Notes: generated from the letters alone by a model not told the origin. A stretch of 64,000 bases of DNA from Mobula hypostoma (GCF_963921235.1 NC_086097.1:178376001-178440000); one strand, 5' to 3'. Numbered from the stretch's first letter, positions 25,135 to 38,712 are shown. Program-made: numbers and translations.

Positions 25135-26378
25135 CAGGTTGAGTGCCCCTTATCCAAAATCTTGGGGCCAGAAGTATTTTGGAATTTGGATTTTTTTCAG
25201 ATTTTGGAATATATAATGAGATAGTGGTATCATCATCATTCATTTCTGAATTTATGTGCTACCAGTAAGCAGTGTTTATCTTGCTCTTGTTCATCACCAA
25301 TATGTACTTAACAGTAAAAATGATCGCATGCCATTAATAAAATGAGAATGTAATGTCTGCAGGGTAACAAACGCAGCTCAGTAGCATCGGGAGAGAATCC
25401 CAATCAGCTGTTGAACAACAATGAACAACGGATGGATTTCGGTCTCCATCTACGGTTCCATGTTTTGATTAAAGGTTACAGTACAGTTTATTTGTATTTT
25501 ACCTTTTTTAGGTTTTGTGTAAGGTATAAAAACAATCAGTATTGTAGATTTGTTCTGGTGTAAGATTTTCATGATCAGGAGATGCTTTAAAAATTTAATG
25601 CCGCACCTTTTCTTAAATTTCTGCAACCAGCCTGCTGAATTTTCACAATCACTTTCAATTTTCAGACTGTTGTGATAGATCTTAGCTTGTTTGATGATCA
25701 GCATACCGTTAAGCAGCATATGTTCACTCCGATGCTGATGATACACGATCGAGAGCTTCAATTTTCACTTTATAGTCATAGTCATAGTCATACTTTATTG
25801 ATCCTGGGGGAAATTGATTTTCGTTACAGTTGCACCATAAATAATTAAATAGTAATATGTAAATTATGCCAGGAAATAAGTCCAGGACCAGCCTTTTGGC
25901 TCAGGGTGTCTGACCCTCCAAGGGAGGAGTTGTAAAGTTTGATGGCCACAGGCAGGAATGACTTCCTATGACGCTCTGTGCTGCATCTCGGTGGAATGAG
26001 TCTCTGGCTGAATGTACTCCTGTGCCCACCCAGTACATTATGTAGTGGATGGGAGACATTGTCCAAGATGGCATGCAACTTGGACTGCATGCTCTTTTCA
26101 GACACCACCATCAGAGAGTCCAGTTCCATCCCCACAACATCACAGGCCTTACGAATGACTTACTTATGCAGTGTTTTCTATTTTTCATCAACTTCTGTTC
26201 GTTATGTATGTGAGGTCACTTCTTTGAACTGTCTGTGCAGGGACCTGGGCAACACCTGGGAAACTTCCCAGTGTCTCGTGTAATTTTCCATTTGTGACAT
26301 CATGTCAGTGCTCACAAAAACTTTCAGATTTTGGAGGTTTTTGGAGTTTGTAATTTTAGATAAGAGGTACTCAACCTG
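25135..26378 (-). mobile_element. Tigger/pogo DNA transposon, internally deleted
   Basis: TIRs CAGGTTGAGTGCCCCTTATC / GATAAGAGGTACTCAACCTG, TA on both sides. CENP-B-type HTH remnant (IKQAKIYH...SAGWLQKFKKRCGI) in 25450..25761. Confidence 0.9.
25772..26160 (-). mobile_element. Rex1/Babar 3' end nested in the Tigger
   Basis: ILDNVSHPLH...TERHRKSFLPVAIKLYN and a (TATGAC)n tail. Confidence 0.85.
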
Positions 26379-26567
26379 TATTAGGATATCTTATTATTAT
26401 CATATGTACCAAGATACAGTGAAAATCTTGTCTTGCATACTGTTCATATAGTCCATCATTATACAGTGCAGTGTGCTGGAAACAATAAAATACCAGATCA
26501 TAATGATGTAGATTGTGAGGTCAAGAGACTGTGTTATCATACGAGGTCAGTTCAAGATCCTGATGTC

Positions 26568-26880
26568 TGTCAGGAAATGTAGAGGAGGCTTGACCCAGAA
26601 GCAGAGCTGTGGAGAAGGTTTAGCAGTGAGTGATAACTCTAATAATCAACTGCAAAACAACATACCACGAGGGGCCACAAAACAAGAGAGAACAGATACG
26701 AAACTCACAGGTAACAAGATAACTCAAGGCTAGGAGCAACTGGTTGAGGCTGGCTGGTCTGATAAGTGAAGAAGGACTGTGGATGAGAGCTGGGTTTAAA
26801 TAGGCTGCAGGTGATGAGTTGGAAATGAGTGGTAGATAATTCCTGTTAGCTGGGTAGGGCTTGCCTATGCAGGCCTGACA
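26568..26880 (-). repeat. 3' LTR
   Basis: TGTCAGG...CCTGACA termini; direct repeat of 32169-32494. Confidence 0.9.
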
Positions 26881-26991
26881 GGACTCCTCTCCTGTGATCA
26901 CCACCTGATGACCCAGGTTGATCTGAATGAGTCCAGTGGAACTTCTCAATGAGTGATGAATCCAAGATGAAACTAGATGGCACCCAAGACT

Positions 26992-27700
26992 TTAAACCCT
27001 ATCTGGTTTAAGATGGCACTGGTGAAGCGCAGCAACAACTTGCTGCGAGCAAACAAAATTATTAACTACTTTTATTAATCACACTTTTTCTGGTAAACGA
27101 CCACTGCAATCAATAGCCTGTTACTTCCCTTTTGTACTTGAGCTTTTGATTGCCTGTATGACCTGGCATTTCTGCAGTGTGAATGGAAGTTTCAAACATT
27201 CAGGATGGTTGTGGTGTGGCTTGTACAGGCTGAATGAAGCCGATGGGGCTCAGGCCCAAGAATGTATCGAAACAGCAGGGCCTGGGGTCCAAGAACGAGC
27301 AATGACCCACTGTTTGGCTGACTTAAGTACCGGGTCAGATTGAGAAGATTAGGGTGTTGGGGCCAGAGGAGAGAGATGGGCTGGTGTTCTGCTCCGCGAG
27401 GTTTACTCAACTCTGCGCTGAACTGAAGCTGTGGCCTGCAACTATCGGGCTCCTGGGTTGGCTGCAGTGATGACTGGCTTTGTGGCTATGGACTCATTTT
27501 CGTGATCTTCTGTTCTGCCTGTTACTTGCTTACTTTTATCGTTTGCTCCATTAGTTTTTTTCTGCACCTTGGGTGTTTGACGGTCTTCTTTTTCAATGAG
27601 TTCTATTGGTTTTCTTTGTTCTGCGGCTGCCTGTAAGGAGACGACTCTCAAGGTTGTACATAGTATACATACTTTGATAATAAATGGACTTTGAACTTTG
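26992..27700 (+). mobile_element. Non-coding retroposon with AAGATGGC head and (TTTGAAC)n tail, inserted in the chromodomain
   Basis: The tail TACTTTGATAATAAATGGACTTTGAACTTTGAA recurs at other LINE ends in the window (about 54320, 62165). It interrupts EERS|WVP. Confidence 0.6.
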
Positions 27701-27811
27701 AAGACCTCTCCTCTGGGCTGCACCCTTCTCAATCGAGCAGTTACTACACACCCTGTTCATGATGGTGTGAATCCATCAACCGGCAAACCGTGTACTCTGG
27801 ACCAATTTCCG

Positions 27812-28737
27812 CCAAGATTCAAGGACATTTAATATCAAAGAATGTATGAATTATAATCTTGAGATTTGCCTGCTCTCAGGTAGCCACAAAGCAAGAAACT
27901 GGAAAGAACCAAATCTAAAATAGAATAAAAATAGAAGACCAACAAAAAAAAGAGCTGAAGAGAAAAAACAAACACAAATCATGCAAACAATTGAAGCAAA
28001 CGACAGCATTCCGAACCAAAATTGAGTCCTCAGATCTGAACTCTGGAACAACCCTGAGTAGGCCCAAAGCCTCACTTATCAGTTCATCATATTAGCAGGC
28101 ATGGAACACAACAACCAGGGCATTCCCCATAGCTTCAGTGCCATAGAGATGACCATCGCGGAGAATGAGCAAAATCAGCTCTCGGCCCAGATCCTGACAC
28201 CTTGTCTTTTTAGTTTATCTGGGCCATTGTTTAAATTGACCAAACAATGGACAACAAGAGTCTCCAGCATCCTGGAGAGAGGAGTGATGATCGCAGAGAA
28301 AGAGCAAAATCAGCTCTTACCTCTGATCTGGGCCGGCGTTTAAATTGTCTAAACAGTGTTTTGCCTCGCAGGAGGACCCAGGCACTTCTACAGTGAAAGG
28401 CTCCAGACCTAGACCATGCCACCCAGTGACTCACTCCAGATTTTGTCACCAAGCCTGATACTGCTCTCAAGCTCTTTAAATCAGCTCGGCATCCAGGATG
28501 ATCCAACCACGTTCCCAGGCCAGCTGTACAGGCATCAGAATTCCATCTACAACAATTCTGCAACATTTTGGATCATTCCCCAACTCACCTCTCCATCACT
28601 TGCCTTTTCACTGTTTGCAGCGACAATTTAACACAATTTGCCTTAGTAAAGGTATTTTTAGTGATGTTTTTAGTCAGATTTCTTAGCCTTTTGATTACCA
28701 GAAGGCTGTTGCACACGTTCAGTAGTGCCATTTTAAA
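27812..28737 (-). mobile_element. Second related non-coding retroposon, opposite orientation
   Basis: Minus-strand head TTAAAATGGCACTACTGAA resembles the 27009 head, with a similar TTTGATATTAAATG tail. Confidence 0.55.
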
Positions 28738-31554
28738 TGGAAGTTAATCCCACGTTCCAGAAGTGCAGGCTCAGGTGGGTTGAGTCGGCCATGAGTAACG
28801 TGCTTGAGGGAAGACATGTGGAATGTAGATGTGATCCTGATGGACTGCGGCAGCTGGAGATGTTAAGTAACTGGACTGATGAAATGGGTAATTTTGAAGG
28901 GACCAATGAACTGGTGTGAGAGCTTGTGGGAGTCAGTGCACAAGGGCCAATTTTGTAGAACAGCCGGACATGGTTTCCAAGCTGGAGTAGCTTGGCTGGG
29001 TGCCACTGGCAGCTGGCCTGTCAACAGTAGGTGCAGTTGGCAGCTAGGATGGCCCTCTGTGAACATTCAGGTTGTGCCAAACCAGGGCCCTGGTGGATGC
29101 GACTTCCACAATTGGCTCATCTGTGGAGAACAATGGGGGTTGGTAGCCATGGAGAACTTCAAAGAGTGACATATCCATGGCAGAAGAGGTGTGGAGAAGT
29201 GGGGCAGCTTGGCTCAGAGCAGGTACTTCTTCCATGTAGGAGGGTCAGAGGTAGCAAAACATCCTAGAAGCTTCTCACTTGCTGACCAGCTGTTTCTGAC
29301 TGCCTGTAGGTCCATGAGTGATAGCTGGAGGATAAACTCACTGTGGTGTGGAGAAGGGAACAAAAGGCTTGCCAGCCGTGGGAGACAAATTGTTGGCCCC
29401 AGTCTGATGTAATATCCTAAGGAAAAGCCACGGAAGCAAATTTCAGGTTGGAGAACCAGGTTTGCTATCTTGGTGGCTGACAGAAGTTTGTGTTGGGCAA
29501 TGAAGAGGGCTGTCTTGGAGAACTGGTCTATCACTTGGCCCCATTGGAAGGTGATAAACCTGTGATGAAATCTATGATGATGTGGGACCATGGGCATCGA
29601 GGGACTGGGAGGGGCTACAGGAAACCAGGGGGCCATTGATCAGAGGAATTAGATGGAGCATATTGAGGGCGGGCAGTGACAACATGCGATCATGGTGGGC
29701 TATCAGAATCAGCATTGCAGAAAATCAAGAGTCTATTGTGCAGCTGGATGGCTGGAGAAGGGTGAGGAGAGGGCCCACTGGAGTGCCTTAGGATGCATGC
29801 CACCAGCAAATATATGCAGCTATCGGGGGTGTCATCATAAATAGGCTTGTGCTAAAGGGCCTGGTAAATCTGGTTCTCAACATCCCAGATGAATGGGGTG
29901 AGGATTAATGGGCTAAGGTTTGATCTCTGTTTTAGGTGGGTCGAACTATCCTGACAGGGCTTCCACCTTTGTGTTCTTGGAGCTGGGTCAGTAGAAGATG
30001 GTGAAGTTGAATTGCCTGAAGAAAGAAAATGCAGTAAGCATGAAGTGGGTTGACTTGCTGGGTCTGTTGTTTGATATGAGGCTCTAGTGCTCAGTCCAGA
30101 TCAGGAAGGGCTCTGTCTTTCCCATCCAGCATTGTCTCCATTTCTCCATGGCCTACTTAATGGAGAGTAGCTTCCTGTCTCCTAATCCAAAATGGTGCTG
30201 TGTAGAGTTGAACTTGTGTGAGAAGAAGAAACTAGGGTGTGTCTTCCTGTCTAGTCCTCGCTGGGAGAGGATAGCATGGTACCCACTTCAAATGTGTCCG
30301 GCTCCACCACAAATGGTCTGAAGGGCGCAGACGGCGGAGGGTGGGAGCACCTCAAAACTGTGGTCCGCCGTATCCATGAGGTAGGTGTGTTGGTGAGAGA
30401 GGTAAAGAGAGCGGCAATTTGACTGTAGTTTCAAATGAAATGGTGGTAAAAGATGAAGAAGGCTTCAAGAAGTGCTGTAGCTGTTTGAAGGAGTGTGGTC
30501 GGTGCTATTCAACATCGGTGTGCACGTTCTCCGGGACCATGGTTATGCCTTGGGGTGGAAGGACATAACCCAGGAAGGAAATGACTGGGATGTGGAACCA
30601 ACATTTCTCTAATTTGCAGTATGAGTTGGTTTCCGAGGAGATGTTGACGGACTGATAGAATGTGATAGATGTGGTCTTGGGGGTCCATAGTGAAGATGAG
30701 GATGTTGTCGAGGTAGACGAACACATACTCTGTGTAGCATTACTTGGGGAATCTTGTTAATGAAAGCTTGGAAAATGGCTGGACTGTCAGAAAGTACGAA
30801 AGGGATCACCAGGTATTTGTAGTAGCCAGTGGTGTTATGAACACAGCTTTCCATCCACCCCCTGGACGATGCAGATCAGGTTTTATACACTCCGTAGATC
30901 CAGTTCAGTGAAGATGTGGGTCCACGGAGTATTTTGAATGTGCTAACTATCAATGGGAGAGGGCAGCAGATCTTTATTGGTGACTTTGATAAGCTTACAA
31001 AAGTCAATGCAGGGACAAAGCCCCCCATCTTTCTTTTTGACAAAGATGAATTCTGCACCGGCTGGGGACTGGGATGGTTGAATGAAGCCATGCTGTAGAG
31101 CTTCAGCAACGTAGACATTCATGGCTTGGGAAGAGGGAGAACAGATGACCTTGGGGAGGGGTGGAGCCTAGTAGGAGGTCAATCGCACAGTTGTGTGGTC
31201 TGTGAGGTGGCAGGGTGCTGGCATCCTTTTTACTGAGGGCAATGGCTTTCCTGTGGGAGCGGGGCGAGATCCAGTTCCTCCGTCTCCATGGGTTTACAGG
31301 GTAATATCAGCCGAGGTTGCAGACAGGTGGTCTGGCAGGTGAATCCCCATCTCAGCGGTGAACTGGGCGAAGTGAGGACTGTCAGTGAAGAGCCAGGATA
31401 AGAGGAGTGTTTGGTGAGTTGATAAGAAGGACTTAGATGGACTTGCAGTGCACACGCTGTGTATGTCCTCTGACCACTCCAAACCCCAATGGCCATGATG
31501 CAGAAGGGGTTAGAACTAGGCTCGATGGAGAGTCCAAGCTGAGCAGTGCGCACG

Positions 31555-31678
31555 TACACACACACACACACACACACAACACACTTAGACACACTCAGAC
31601 ACATAACACACTCACAGACACACTCAGACACACACTCACACACACACACACCCACACACTCACTCACTCACTCACTCT
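31555..31678. repeat. (CA)n/(CACT)n microsatellite inside the Gypsy element
   Basis: Seen directly. Confidence 0.9.
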
Positions 31679-32168
31679 CCGGTCCAAAAAGCTGCCCACT
31701 GTGCTGGAATCCACTGGAGCCTCCCGAGTCGTCAGAGTGTGGAAGGGGTCAGAGAGAGAGTGAGTCAGGCTATGGTGCTGGAACAAGGGGCTTGGGGGAG
31801 CTTAACAGATAGGAGATCCGTCATCACTACCTGATGGTGCCCTGTTTCTTGGATGCAGTGGGCATTTGATGGCAGCTTTGGTGATTTGGTGACGGAGGCA
31901 ATTTTGGCTCGGTCTGTAGAAGACCGAGGTTGCTGCAGCTTGAAGTGTAAGATGCACTGGGACAGGAAGTTACACCATCAAGTTGGGGATCCATCAAAGT
32001 GTTCGGGCACCGGAATCCGGGGGTTAGAGGGCGGAGGTTAACTGTCGCAGGGTTGCTGTGTTTTGACGGAGAGTTGGAAGAGAGTGGCGAGCAGATGGTC
32101 AATGGTTACAAGCTGCTTCTGAATCGTGTGTTCATACTCTGCCAGGTTAATCGATGGTTCACTCATAC

Positions 32169-32494
32169 TATCAGGAAATGTAGAGGATGCTTGAGTCAAA
32201 AGCAGAGCAGATGAGATGGTTTAACAGTGAGCAATAACTTTTAATAATCATCTGCAAAATAACAAGCCATGAGGGGCCACAAAACAAGAGAGAACAGATA
32301 CTGAACCCACAGGTGTCAAGGTAACTGAAGGCTAGGAGCAACTTGTTAAGGCTGGCTGGTCTGATGAGTGAACAAGGATTGTGTGTGAGAGCTTGGTTAA
32401 AAATAGGCTGCAGGTGTTGAGTTGGAAATGAGTGGCAAGTGATTCCTGTTAGCAGGGTGGAGACTGGGAGGTGCCTGCCTGTGCAGGCCCGACA
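32169..32494 (-). repeat. 5' LTR
   Basis: TATCAGG...CCCGACA termini; TATA-like TATTTTTAA on the minus strand at 32397-32405. Confidence 0.9.
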
Positions 32495-32529
32495 CTGTCC
32501 TTGGCCTTGATAGTGAATGCTTTCAGCCA

Positions 32530-33375
32530 TTTTTATTTCTGTCCACTGCAAGAGGGTTGAAGAGAGAATGTCTAGAGTGGGCAGAGTCTTTGATAATGCT
32601 GGCTGCTTTACTGGAGCAGCAAGAAGAGTAGACAGTGTTCATGGAGGGGAGGCTGCTTTCTGTGATATGTTGAGCTTTGTCCATAGCTCTCTGTAGTTTC
32701 TTGCAGTCACATGCAGAGCAGTTGCCATAACAAGCTGTTATACATCCAGATGGGATGTTTTCTATAGTGCAATGATTAAAATTGGTAAGAATTGATTGGT
32801 CGTGCTGGATTTCTTTAGCTTCCTGAGGAAGTCGAGGTGTTGGTGAACTTTCTTGGCTGTGACATCAGTGTGAATGAACTGGGGCAGGCTATTGGTGATG
32901 TTCACACCTGGGACCTTGAAGCTCTCAATCCTCTTCACTTCAACACAGTTGATGCAGACGGGAGCATGTGCACTGCCCCTTCCTGAAGTCAATAACCAGT
33001 TCTTTCATTTTGTTGACACTCAGAGAATCATCGTTGTCATGACACCATGTCACAAAACTCTCTATCTCATTCCTGTACTCCGACTTGTTGGTATCTGAGA
33101 TAAAGCCTACGACAGTGGTACCTTTTGCAAACCTGTAGCTGGAGCCTGGCCACATAGGCATGAGCGTACAAGGAGTAGAGCAGGGGGCTGAGCACACAGC
33201 CTTGTGGAGCAGTGTTTAGAACAATCATGGTGTAGGTGTTGCTGCCTGTCCTTACTGATGGTGGGCTGTTGGTCAGCAAGTCAAGAATCCAGTTGCTGAA
33301 GAGGTCATTAACTCCCAGGGTCCAGAGTTTGATGACAAGTTTGCTTGGAATAATAGTATTGAAGGATATGAAGAT
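32530..33375 (-). mobile_element. Rex1/Babar RT fragment
   Basis: SFNTIIPSKL, APQGCVLSPLLYSLY, LSVNKMKELVIDFRK. Confidence 0.88.
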
Positions 33376-33384
33376 TAGTAACAA

Positions 33385-33640
33385 TTATTTCCCACCCATA
33401 ATTTCCCCTGATCTGAAGAGACAATTAAGAGTCAACTACCTTGGTGTCTACGGATTCACATATAGGTCAGTCTGGGACAGGCGGCAGATTTTCTTCCCCG
33501 AAGGATATTAGTAAACCTAATGGATTTTTAACAGCAATCTAGATTTATTTAATTACTCAAATTTAAATTCCCCAGCTGCTGTGGTGGGATTTAAATTTGA
33601 GTCTCTGTATCAATCGTCCAGAACTCTGATTGCTAGCCTA
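33385..33640 (-). mobile_element. Old tRNA-like SINE; related piece at about 47640-47800
   Basis: Degenerate B-box region (TTTAAATCCCACCACAGCAGCTGGGGAATTTAAATT) and a body shared with the second site. Confidence 0.45.
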
Positions 33641-33659
33641 ATAACTTCACTCACTGAGC

Positions 33660-34030
33660 TGTCCAGAACTGGTTACATCGCAGTCCTGTATGGCAATTCA
33701 AATGTGCAGGAATGTAAGAAGCTTCAGAGAGAAGTGAACTCAGCTCAGAACACCACGGGCACATCCCTCCCCACAACTGGTAGTATATATAGGAGGCACT
33801 GCCTCAAGGAAACAACATCTAGCATCAAAGATCCCCACTGTACATGCCATGCCGTCTATTGGCAGGTACCACTGGACAGGAGGTACGGAAGCCTGAACTC
33901 CCACACCACTAGGTTCAAAACCAGCTACTTTCATTCCATTCATTCCTTGAACCACCCTTCACAACCTTTACCACTATTTCAGTATAGCAAAACTGTGAAC
34001 ACTTCAAAAGCTTTGCACTAAGTGAAACCT
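33660..34030 (+). mobile_element. Rex1/Babar 3' fragment
   Basis: YGNSNVQECKKLQR...IIKDPH...RRYGSL...TTRFKTSYF. Confidence 0.8.
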
Positions 34031-34044
34031 TATTTATTTTTAGA

Positions 34045-34420
34045 CTGTAAGACCATAGGATATAGGAGCAGAAGTAGGCCATTCAGCCCATTGAGTCTGC
34101 TCCGCCATTCTATCATGGACTGATCCAATTCTTCCTGTCATTCCCTCTCCCCTGCCTTCTCCCCATACCCTTTGATGCCCTGGCTAATCAAGAACCTATC
34201 TACCTCTGCCCTAAGTGCACTCAGTGACTTGGACTCCACAGCCACTCGTGGCAACAAATTCAATAGATTTACCACCCTCTGACTAAAGTAATTTCTCCGC
34301 ATCTGTGTTCCAAATGGACGTCCTTCAATTCTGTAGTTGTGCCTTCTTGTCCTAGACTCCCCTACCATGGGAAATAACTTCGCCATATCTAATCTGTTCA
34401 TGCCTTTTAACATTCGGAAT
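34045..34420 (-). mobile_element. CR1 3' end
   Basis: LFPMVGESRTR...FSQRVVNL and a (TCTTATGG)-like tail. Confidence 0.88.
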
Positions 34421-34974
34421 GATTTTGTTCCAATTGTAGAAATTGTGTTTAGTTTGTTTAATCCATGTTCTTTATGAATCCTTCTTATATGATGCTTGTG
34501 ATGCAGCTGCAACTTTTTCATTGCTCCTGTGGCAGACATGTTCTTATGCATTTAACGAAAAAACTAAACTTTGACTTTGAATCAAACCTCCCTTTACTCG
34601 CTTTTCCTTTTTTCTTCTGAATAATGTTCCTAAAGCTTACTACTTCAACTTGACAACCTGTCCTGATATTAAAATGAGTTGGTCCCACATCTGGGATCAT
34701 AATAGAAACATAGAAAACTTACAGCACAATACAGGCCCTTCAGCCCACAATGCTGTGCCAAACTTACTTTAGAAATTACCCAGAGCCCTCTATTTTTCTA
34801 AGCTCTGTGTAATATTCGTGAGAAGTTCATTGGGACAATTCATCATCCCAAAGGTGCTGTATAAATGCAGCTTGTTGTTGCTAATTAACTTCAAGCAGAA
34901 ACTGCTGGTGATACCCATGCTGTCAGTTTCTCCAGATGAGAAAAGCAGAATGGAAGATCTTCAAGCTAACGCAT

Positions 34975-35320
34975 TAACAGGACAGCAAAGCAGAGCTTAG
35001 TGTCTCATAGCTCTGGACACCTACCTCTGTGCTCAGGTGCTGTCTGCTGGAGTTTGCACACTTTCCCTGTGACTGTGTGGGTTTCCCCGGGTGCTCCTGT
35101 ACCCTCCCACATTCCAGAAACTTGTGGGTGGGTGAGTTACTCTAAATGGCTACTGGAAATTGCCCCCAGTGTGCAGATGAGTGGTGGAATCTGGGGGGAG
35201 ATGATGGTAATGTGGAGAGGAATCAAAAATAAGATTAATATAAGTTTAGTATAAATGGGTAATTGATAATCAGTAGTTTCAGCTGGCTGAGGGATCTATT
35301 TCTCACTATGACTTTATGAT
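34975..35320 (+). mobile_element. V-SINE; other copies at about 18395-18520(-), 41680-41930(+), 47190-47350(-), 48150-48390(+), 50470-50670(-)
   Basis: GGAGTTTGCAC...GTGGGTTTCCCCGGGTGCTCC...CTCCCACAT core. Confidence 0.7.
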
Positions 35321-38139
35321 TTTCTTTCTCTCTTCACAAATGTTGTCTGATCTGCTGATACTTCCAGCATCCCAAATCACTGTTTTATTTAGCAGGAAAA
35401 TTGTTGTTTTATATCAACAGTACTGTACAAAGGCATAAAACTACTATAAATTATTTTTAAAAGTGCAAAGAAAGAACAATGAGGTGAAGAAGGGTTTGTG
35501 ACCGAAACATCAACTGTTTATTCATTTATAGTGATGCAGCTTGACCTGCCAAGTTCCTCCAGCATTTTGTGTGTGCTGCTCTGGATTTCCAGCGTCTGCA
35601 GAATCTCTCATGTTCATGAGTTGACGGATTGCTCAGAAATTTGATGGCAGAGGGGAGGAAGCTGTACCTGAATCATTGAGTGCGGGTCTTCAGGCTCCTG
35701 TAATGAGAAAAGCACATGTCCCGGATGGTGAGAGTGCTTAGTGAAGGTGTCCTCAATAGTGGGGGAGGCTGAGGCTGTGCCTGTGATGCAGCCAGATGAG
35801 TCTACAACGCTCTGCGGCCTCTTGTGATCCTGTGCATCTGGTCAATGCTGCCTTAATATTTGAATATTTCCCGCATTCTTCACTTTAGTTCCTGGTTTGG
35901 AGGAGTCACCTTATGAAGAAAAGCAAGAGAGAGTTGAGAGACATTTTTGAAACATACATTCTGAAGGGGGAATTGATAGGGCATAGAGTCAGAATCAGGG
36001 ACCACCCATTACAGATAGAACTGAGGAGGAAATTCTTCCCTCAGAGAGTTGTGAATCTTTCACTACCCCCAGAAAGTGATGGGGCTGAATTATTGAAAAT
36101 GTTCAAGGCCAATATGCCAGAACTTTGGTCTACAGGGAAGACAAAAGATAACAAACTGGAAAATGGAACTGACGCCAAGATGAGATCAGCAGTGATCATA
36201 TCGAACAGCGGAGAAGGCTTGAGGGTTTGAACAGCCAACTCCTGCTCCTTTCTTATGCACTGATAAATTTTAGGAACATTTGATATTCATTAAATGCTGT
36301 TGTGGTTCACTGCTTTCAAAACAGAAGGTAATTCTGGGGATCAAGAAGGTCCAAATTTATATGGAAATATAAAATATTTATAATGCTGGGAGCTGCTCAG
36401 TTGACTGAACAACGCCTTCTGTAAACCATACAAACTGTGGATTACAGGTGTAGAAATCTGATTCAAACTTCAAGTAATTGCGCTGGACATTGAAAACCTG
36501 CTCATGTTTCAGAATAATTTTCCACTTAGGCCTGTATCTAATGCAACATTGGAACATTTATTTCTCCAGGACCTCTAATACATTAACTGGCTTAAGTTAC
36601 TTCGCAGGAGTTTGACACTGAGCTATGTGTGGATGTATTAACAACATGAGAAGCAGTTACCTGTGTAGAGTTCTAGAGTGATACAATATGGACACAGACC
36701 CTTTGGCCCATCCTGTCTATGACACTCATGGAGCACACCAAGATCATACCCTTTGCCTGCTTTTGATCTCCACAAATGTTGTCTGATCTGCTGATATTTC
36801 CAGCATCAAACCTGGGGTACCCAACCTGGGGTCCATGACCCTCTCAGTTAATGGTAAGGCTCCATAGAATAAAAAAGTCCTTTCCTATCCGCGTTTTTAT
36901 ACAAATGTCTATTCAGTGTTGTTATTGTACCTGTCTCAACCACTTCCTCTGGAAATTTGCTCTATATAGTTGCCACCTTCTGTGTGAAGGATTAGCCCCT
37001 CATGTCCCTTTTAAGTATTACTCCTCTCATCTTAAACCCTATTTTTTAGTTCCCCTTACCTGGGATAGCGATTGTGTGCATTCACCATGTCTCTGGTCCT
37101 CATGATTTTATCAGCCACCGTGAGATCCTCCCCTCAATCTCCTACATTCCAAGGAACAAAGTCCTAGCCTGCCCAAACTCTCCCTATGACTTTGGCTCTC
37201 GATTCTTCTCTGCACTCGTTCCATTTTAATGATATCTTTCCTGTAGCAGGATGACCAAAGCTGAACACCTCATACCAAATGCCGTCTCACCAACAACCCA
37301 TTAAATAACATTCTGACTCCTAAAATCCTAACCTCCATGCCATGACTGCTAAAGGCCAGTGTTCCAACTGTTTCCTTTACTAGCTGTAGGCCATTCGGCC
37401 CCTCAAACCATTCAATATGATGTGACTGATCTTGTAGCTCAGCACCACTTTCTAGCACCCAACTCCAAAAACGTAACTATGGTAAGGTACAGGAGCAATG
37501 AAAAACTGCTTGCAGCAGCATCACAGTTACAAATAACATTCAGAATACAAGTTTACCTTGTCTGGGAAAAAGACTGACTATCCACCTTGTATATACCCTA
37601 AAGATTTTATAAACCTCTTTAAGGTCATACTCAGCCTCCATTGCTCTCAGCCTATCCAGTCTCTCCTTGTATTTCAAGCTCTCCATTACCTGTAACATCC
37701 TTATGAATCATATTTACATCCCTTCCAGCATAGTGGCATCCGTCCCATAGCAATCTGGCTGGAACTGCACAGTGTGGTTTCTGCTTGGACGGTTGTAACA
37801 TGTAGTCCCAACTCCTGTAGCCAATGCCCTGACCAACAAAGGCAAACATGCCAAGCACCTTCTTCACTACCCTGTCTGCCTGTGATCCAGGTCCTTTTGA
37901 ATACCAGTATTTTTGAATCCTCACCACTTCAAAAACAATTTAGTTTTCTACAATTGTCAGTGACCTTGCATTTTCCCTCTTTTTTTTTATCTACCATGTC
38001 CTCAGCCATTCAGTCAGATTCACAATATCTGCTTGAGGAACTGAAAAAAAAAACACAAATGTGTGGTCAAAGAGTTAAGTTTTAAGTAGCACAGAAGGAC
38101 TGGTTCAGCGTGTGGGTGCCAGAGCCTAAAGGGAACACC

Positions 38140-38712
38140 AGCTAGATTGGGAGACTGCTTCACCCAGTACCTATACTCTGTCTGCCAGAAAAAGCAGGAT
38201 CTCCCTGTGGCCACCCATTTTAATTCCATTTCCCATTCCTATTCCAACATGTCAGTCCATGGCCTCCGCCTCTGTCACGATGAGGCCACACTCAGGTTGG
38301 AGAAGCAACACCTTATGTTCTGTCTGGGTAGCCTCTAACCTAATGGTATGAACAATGATTTCTCAAACTTCTGGTAATGTCCCCTGCCCTCTCCTCCACC
38401 ATTCCCCATTCCCATTCCCATTTCCCTCTCTCACCTTATTCCTTACCTGCCCATCACCTTCCTCTGATACACTTTTCTTTCTTCCATGGCCTTCTGTCCT
38501 CTCTTATCAGATTCCCCTTCTCCAGCCCTGTATTGCTTTCACCAATCAACTTCTCAGCTCTTTACACCCCTCCCCCTCCTGGTTTCACCTCTCACCTTGT
38601 GTTTCTTCCTCCCCTCCCCCCACCTTCTCATCTTTTTATCTCCAGTCCCGAAGAAGGGTCTTAGCCATGTACTCTTTTCCATGCTGCCTGGCCTGCCGAG
38701 TTCCTCTGACAT

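Larger units (their letters stand above)
26568..32494 (-). mobile_element. Decayed Ty3/Gypsy chromovirus (Tf1/sushi group) LTR retrotransposon
   Basis: Two LTRs, TSD ATGTC/CTGTC, polypurine tract GGAGAGGAGTCC next to the 3' LTR. RT (CPLPLI, YLVIPF, VYLDNILI), integrase (VIDQFSK, FIGPFKI) and chromodomain remnants in Gypsy order. Confidence 0.92.

Noticed and set aside
27009..28737. Inverted ends suggesting one DNA transposon
   Set aside because: Each half has its own retroposon-type tail, and collinear Gypsy sequence lies between them.
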